DNA of 64,000 bases, from assembly GCA_036351375.1 (NCBI GenBank), contig JAZBOY010000293.1:214-64213 (forward strand). The letters run 5' to 3'. The translations under genes and the position numbers were made by a program. The stretch is from Halieaceae bacterium. GTDB lineage: Bacteria > Pseudomonadota > Gammaproteobacteria > Pseudomonadales > Halieaceae. Position 1 is the first letter of the stretch, and the number at the start of each line of letters is the position of its first letter. The notes below the pieces were generated by a model, which ran no database searches, was not told where the DNA came from, and was given only the letters and a program-made list of their open reading frames with translations. Positions 63,797 through 64,000 of this stretch are shown piece by piece.

Positions 63797-64000
63797 TTAC
63801 GGCAGCGGCGCCATGATGGCTTCGATGTCCTCCACCGTCACCGGGATTTCGCTGGACAATAGTGTGGCACTGCGGCGCTCGATCAGCACGTCGTCCTCTA
63901 TGCGCACGCCGATGCCGGCAAAGCGGGCCAGCGCCGCGTCCACGCCGGTTTTCTGTTCCTCGTCCAGCGCCCGGTACCAGTCTTCCCTGACCACGTCCTG
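63797..64000 (-). CDS. pepP: Xaa-Pro aminopeptidase PepP, C-terminal fragment (continues off-window)
   Basis: [12 protein letters not shown] metallopeptidase M24 C-terminal motif. The frame is open to the window edge. Confidence 0.75.
   Translation of the reverse strand, partial: QDVVREDWYRALDEEQKTGVDAALARFAGIGVRIEDDVLIERRSATLLSSEIPVTVEDIEAIMAPLP

Overview
GC-rich gammaproteobacterial chromosome segment; the gene order resembles Pseudomonadales or Cellvibrionales (inference). About two thirds is housekeeping: fdhD-fdsD, acnA, tRNA-Arg, rep, comM, ubiK, a sigma54/NtrC-type glnK-amtB locus with a second PII gene, lptM-lysA-dapF-yigA-xerC-yigB, argH, algZ-algR-hemCDXY, ubiD and pepP. I see no CRISPR array, transposase, phage integrase or recognisable defence genes. 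The accessory content lies at about 3.8-31 kb and 32-39 kb and is mostly exported proteins. It includes an S8 subtilase, a PA2779/PA2778 pair, an MBL hydrolase and a choice-of-anchor-I beta-propeller. It also includes a membrane AraC regulator next to a tightly coupled cytochrome c4 / MauG-like di-haem peroxidase / beta-helix-cytochrome c operon. A TPR membrane protein is followed by a 2224-aa exoprotein (BNR propeller, 23 x NPTIL repeat, Ig-like, lectin-like and IPT modules). An RND efflux pair is followed by a non-OMF secreted protein and a beta-lactamase-fold hydrolase. I cannot identify one unambiguous novel system. The best candidates are: (1) the c4 / MauG-like / beta-helix-cyt c operon, possibly a maturase plus redox-partner module; (2) the giant exoprotein with a non-canonical NPTIL array and a perfect CRP-type palindrome upstream; (3) PA2779/PA2778, where the small protein carries a double-glycine-leader-like motif beside a C39-like peptidase; (4) Lys/Arg-rich low-complexity cassettes recurring in three unrelated exoproteins. 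All family calls come from motif recognition by eye; no database search was run.
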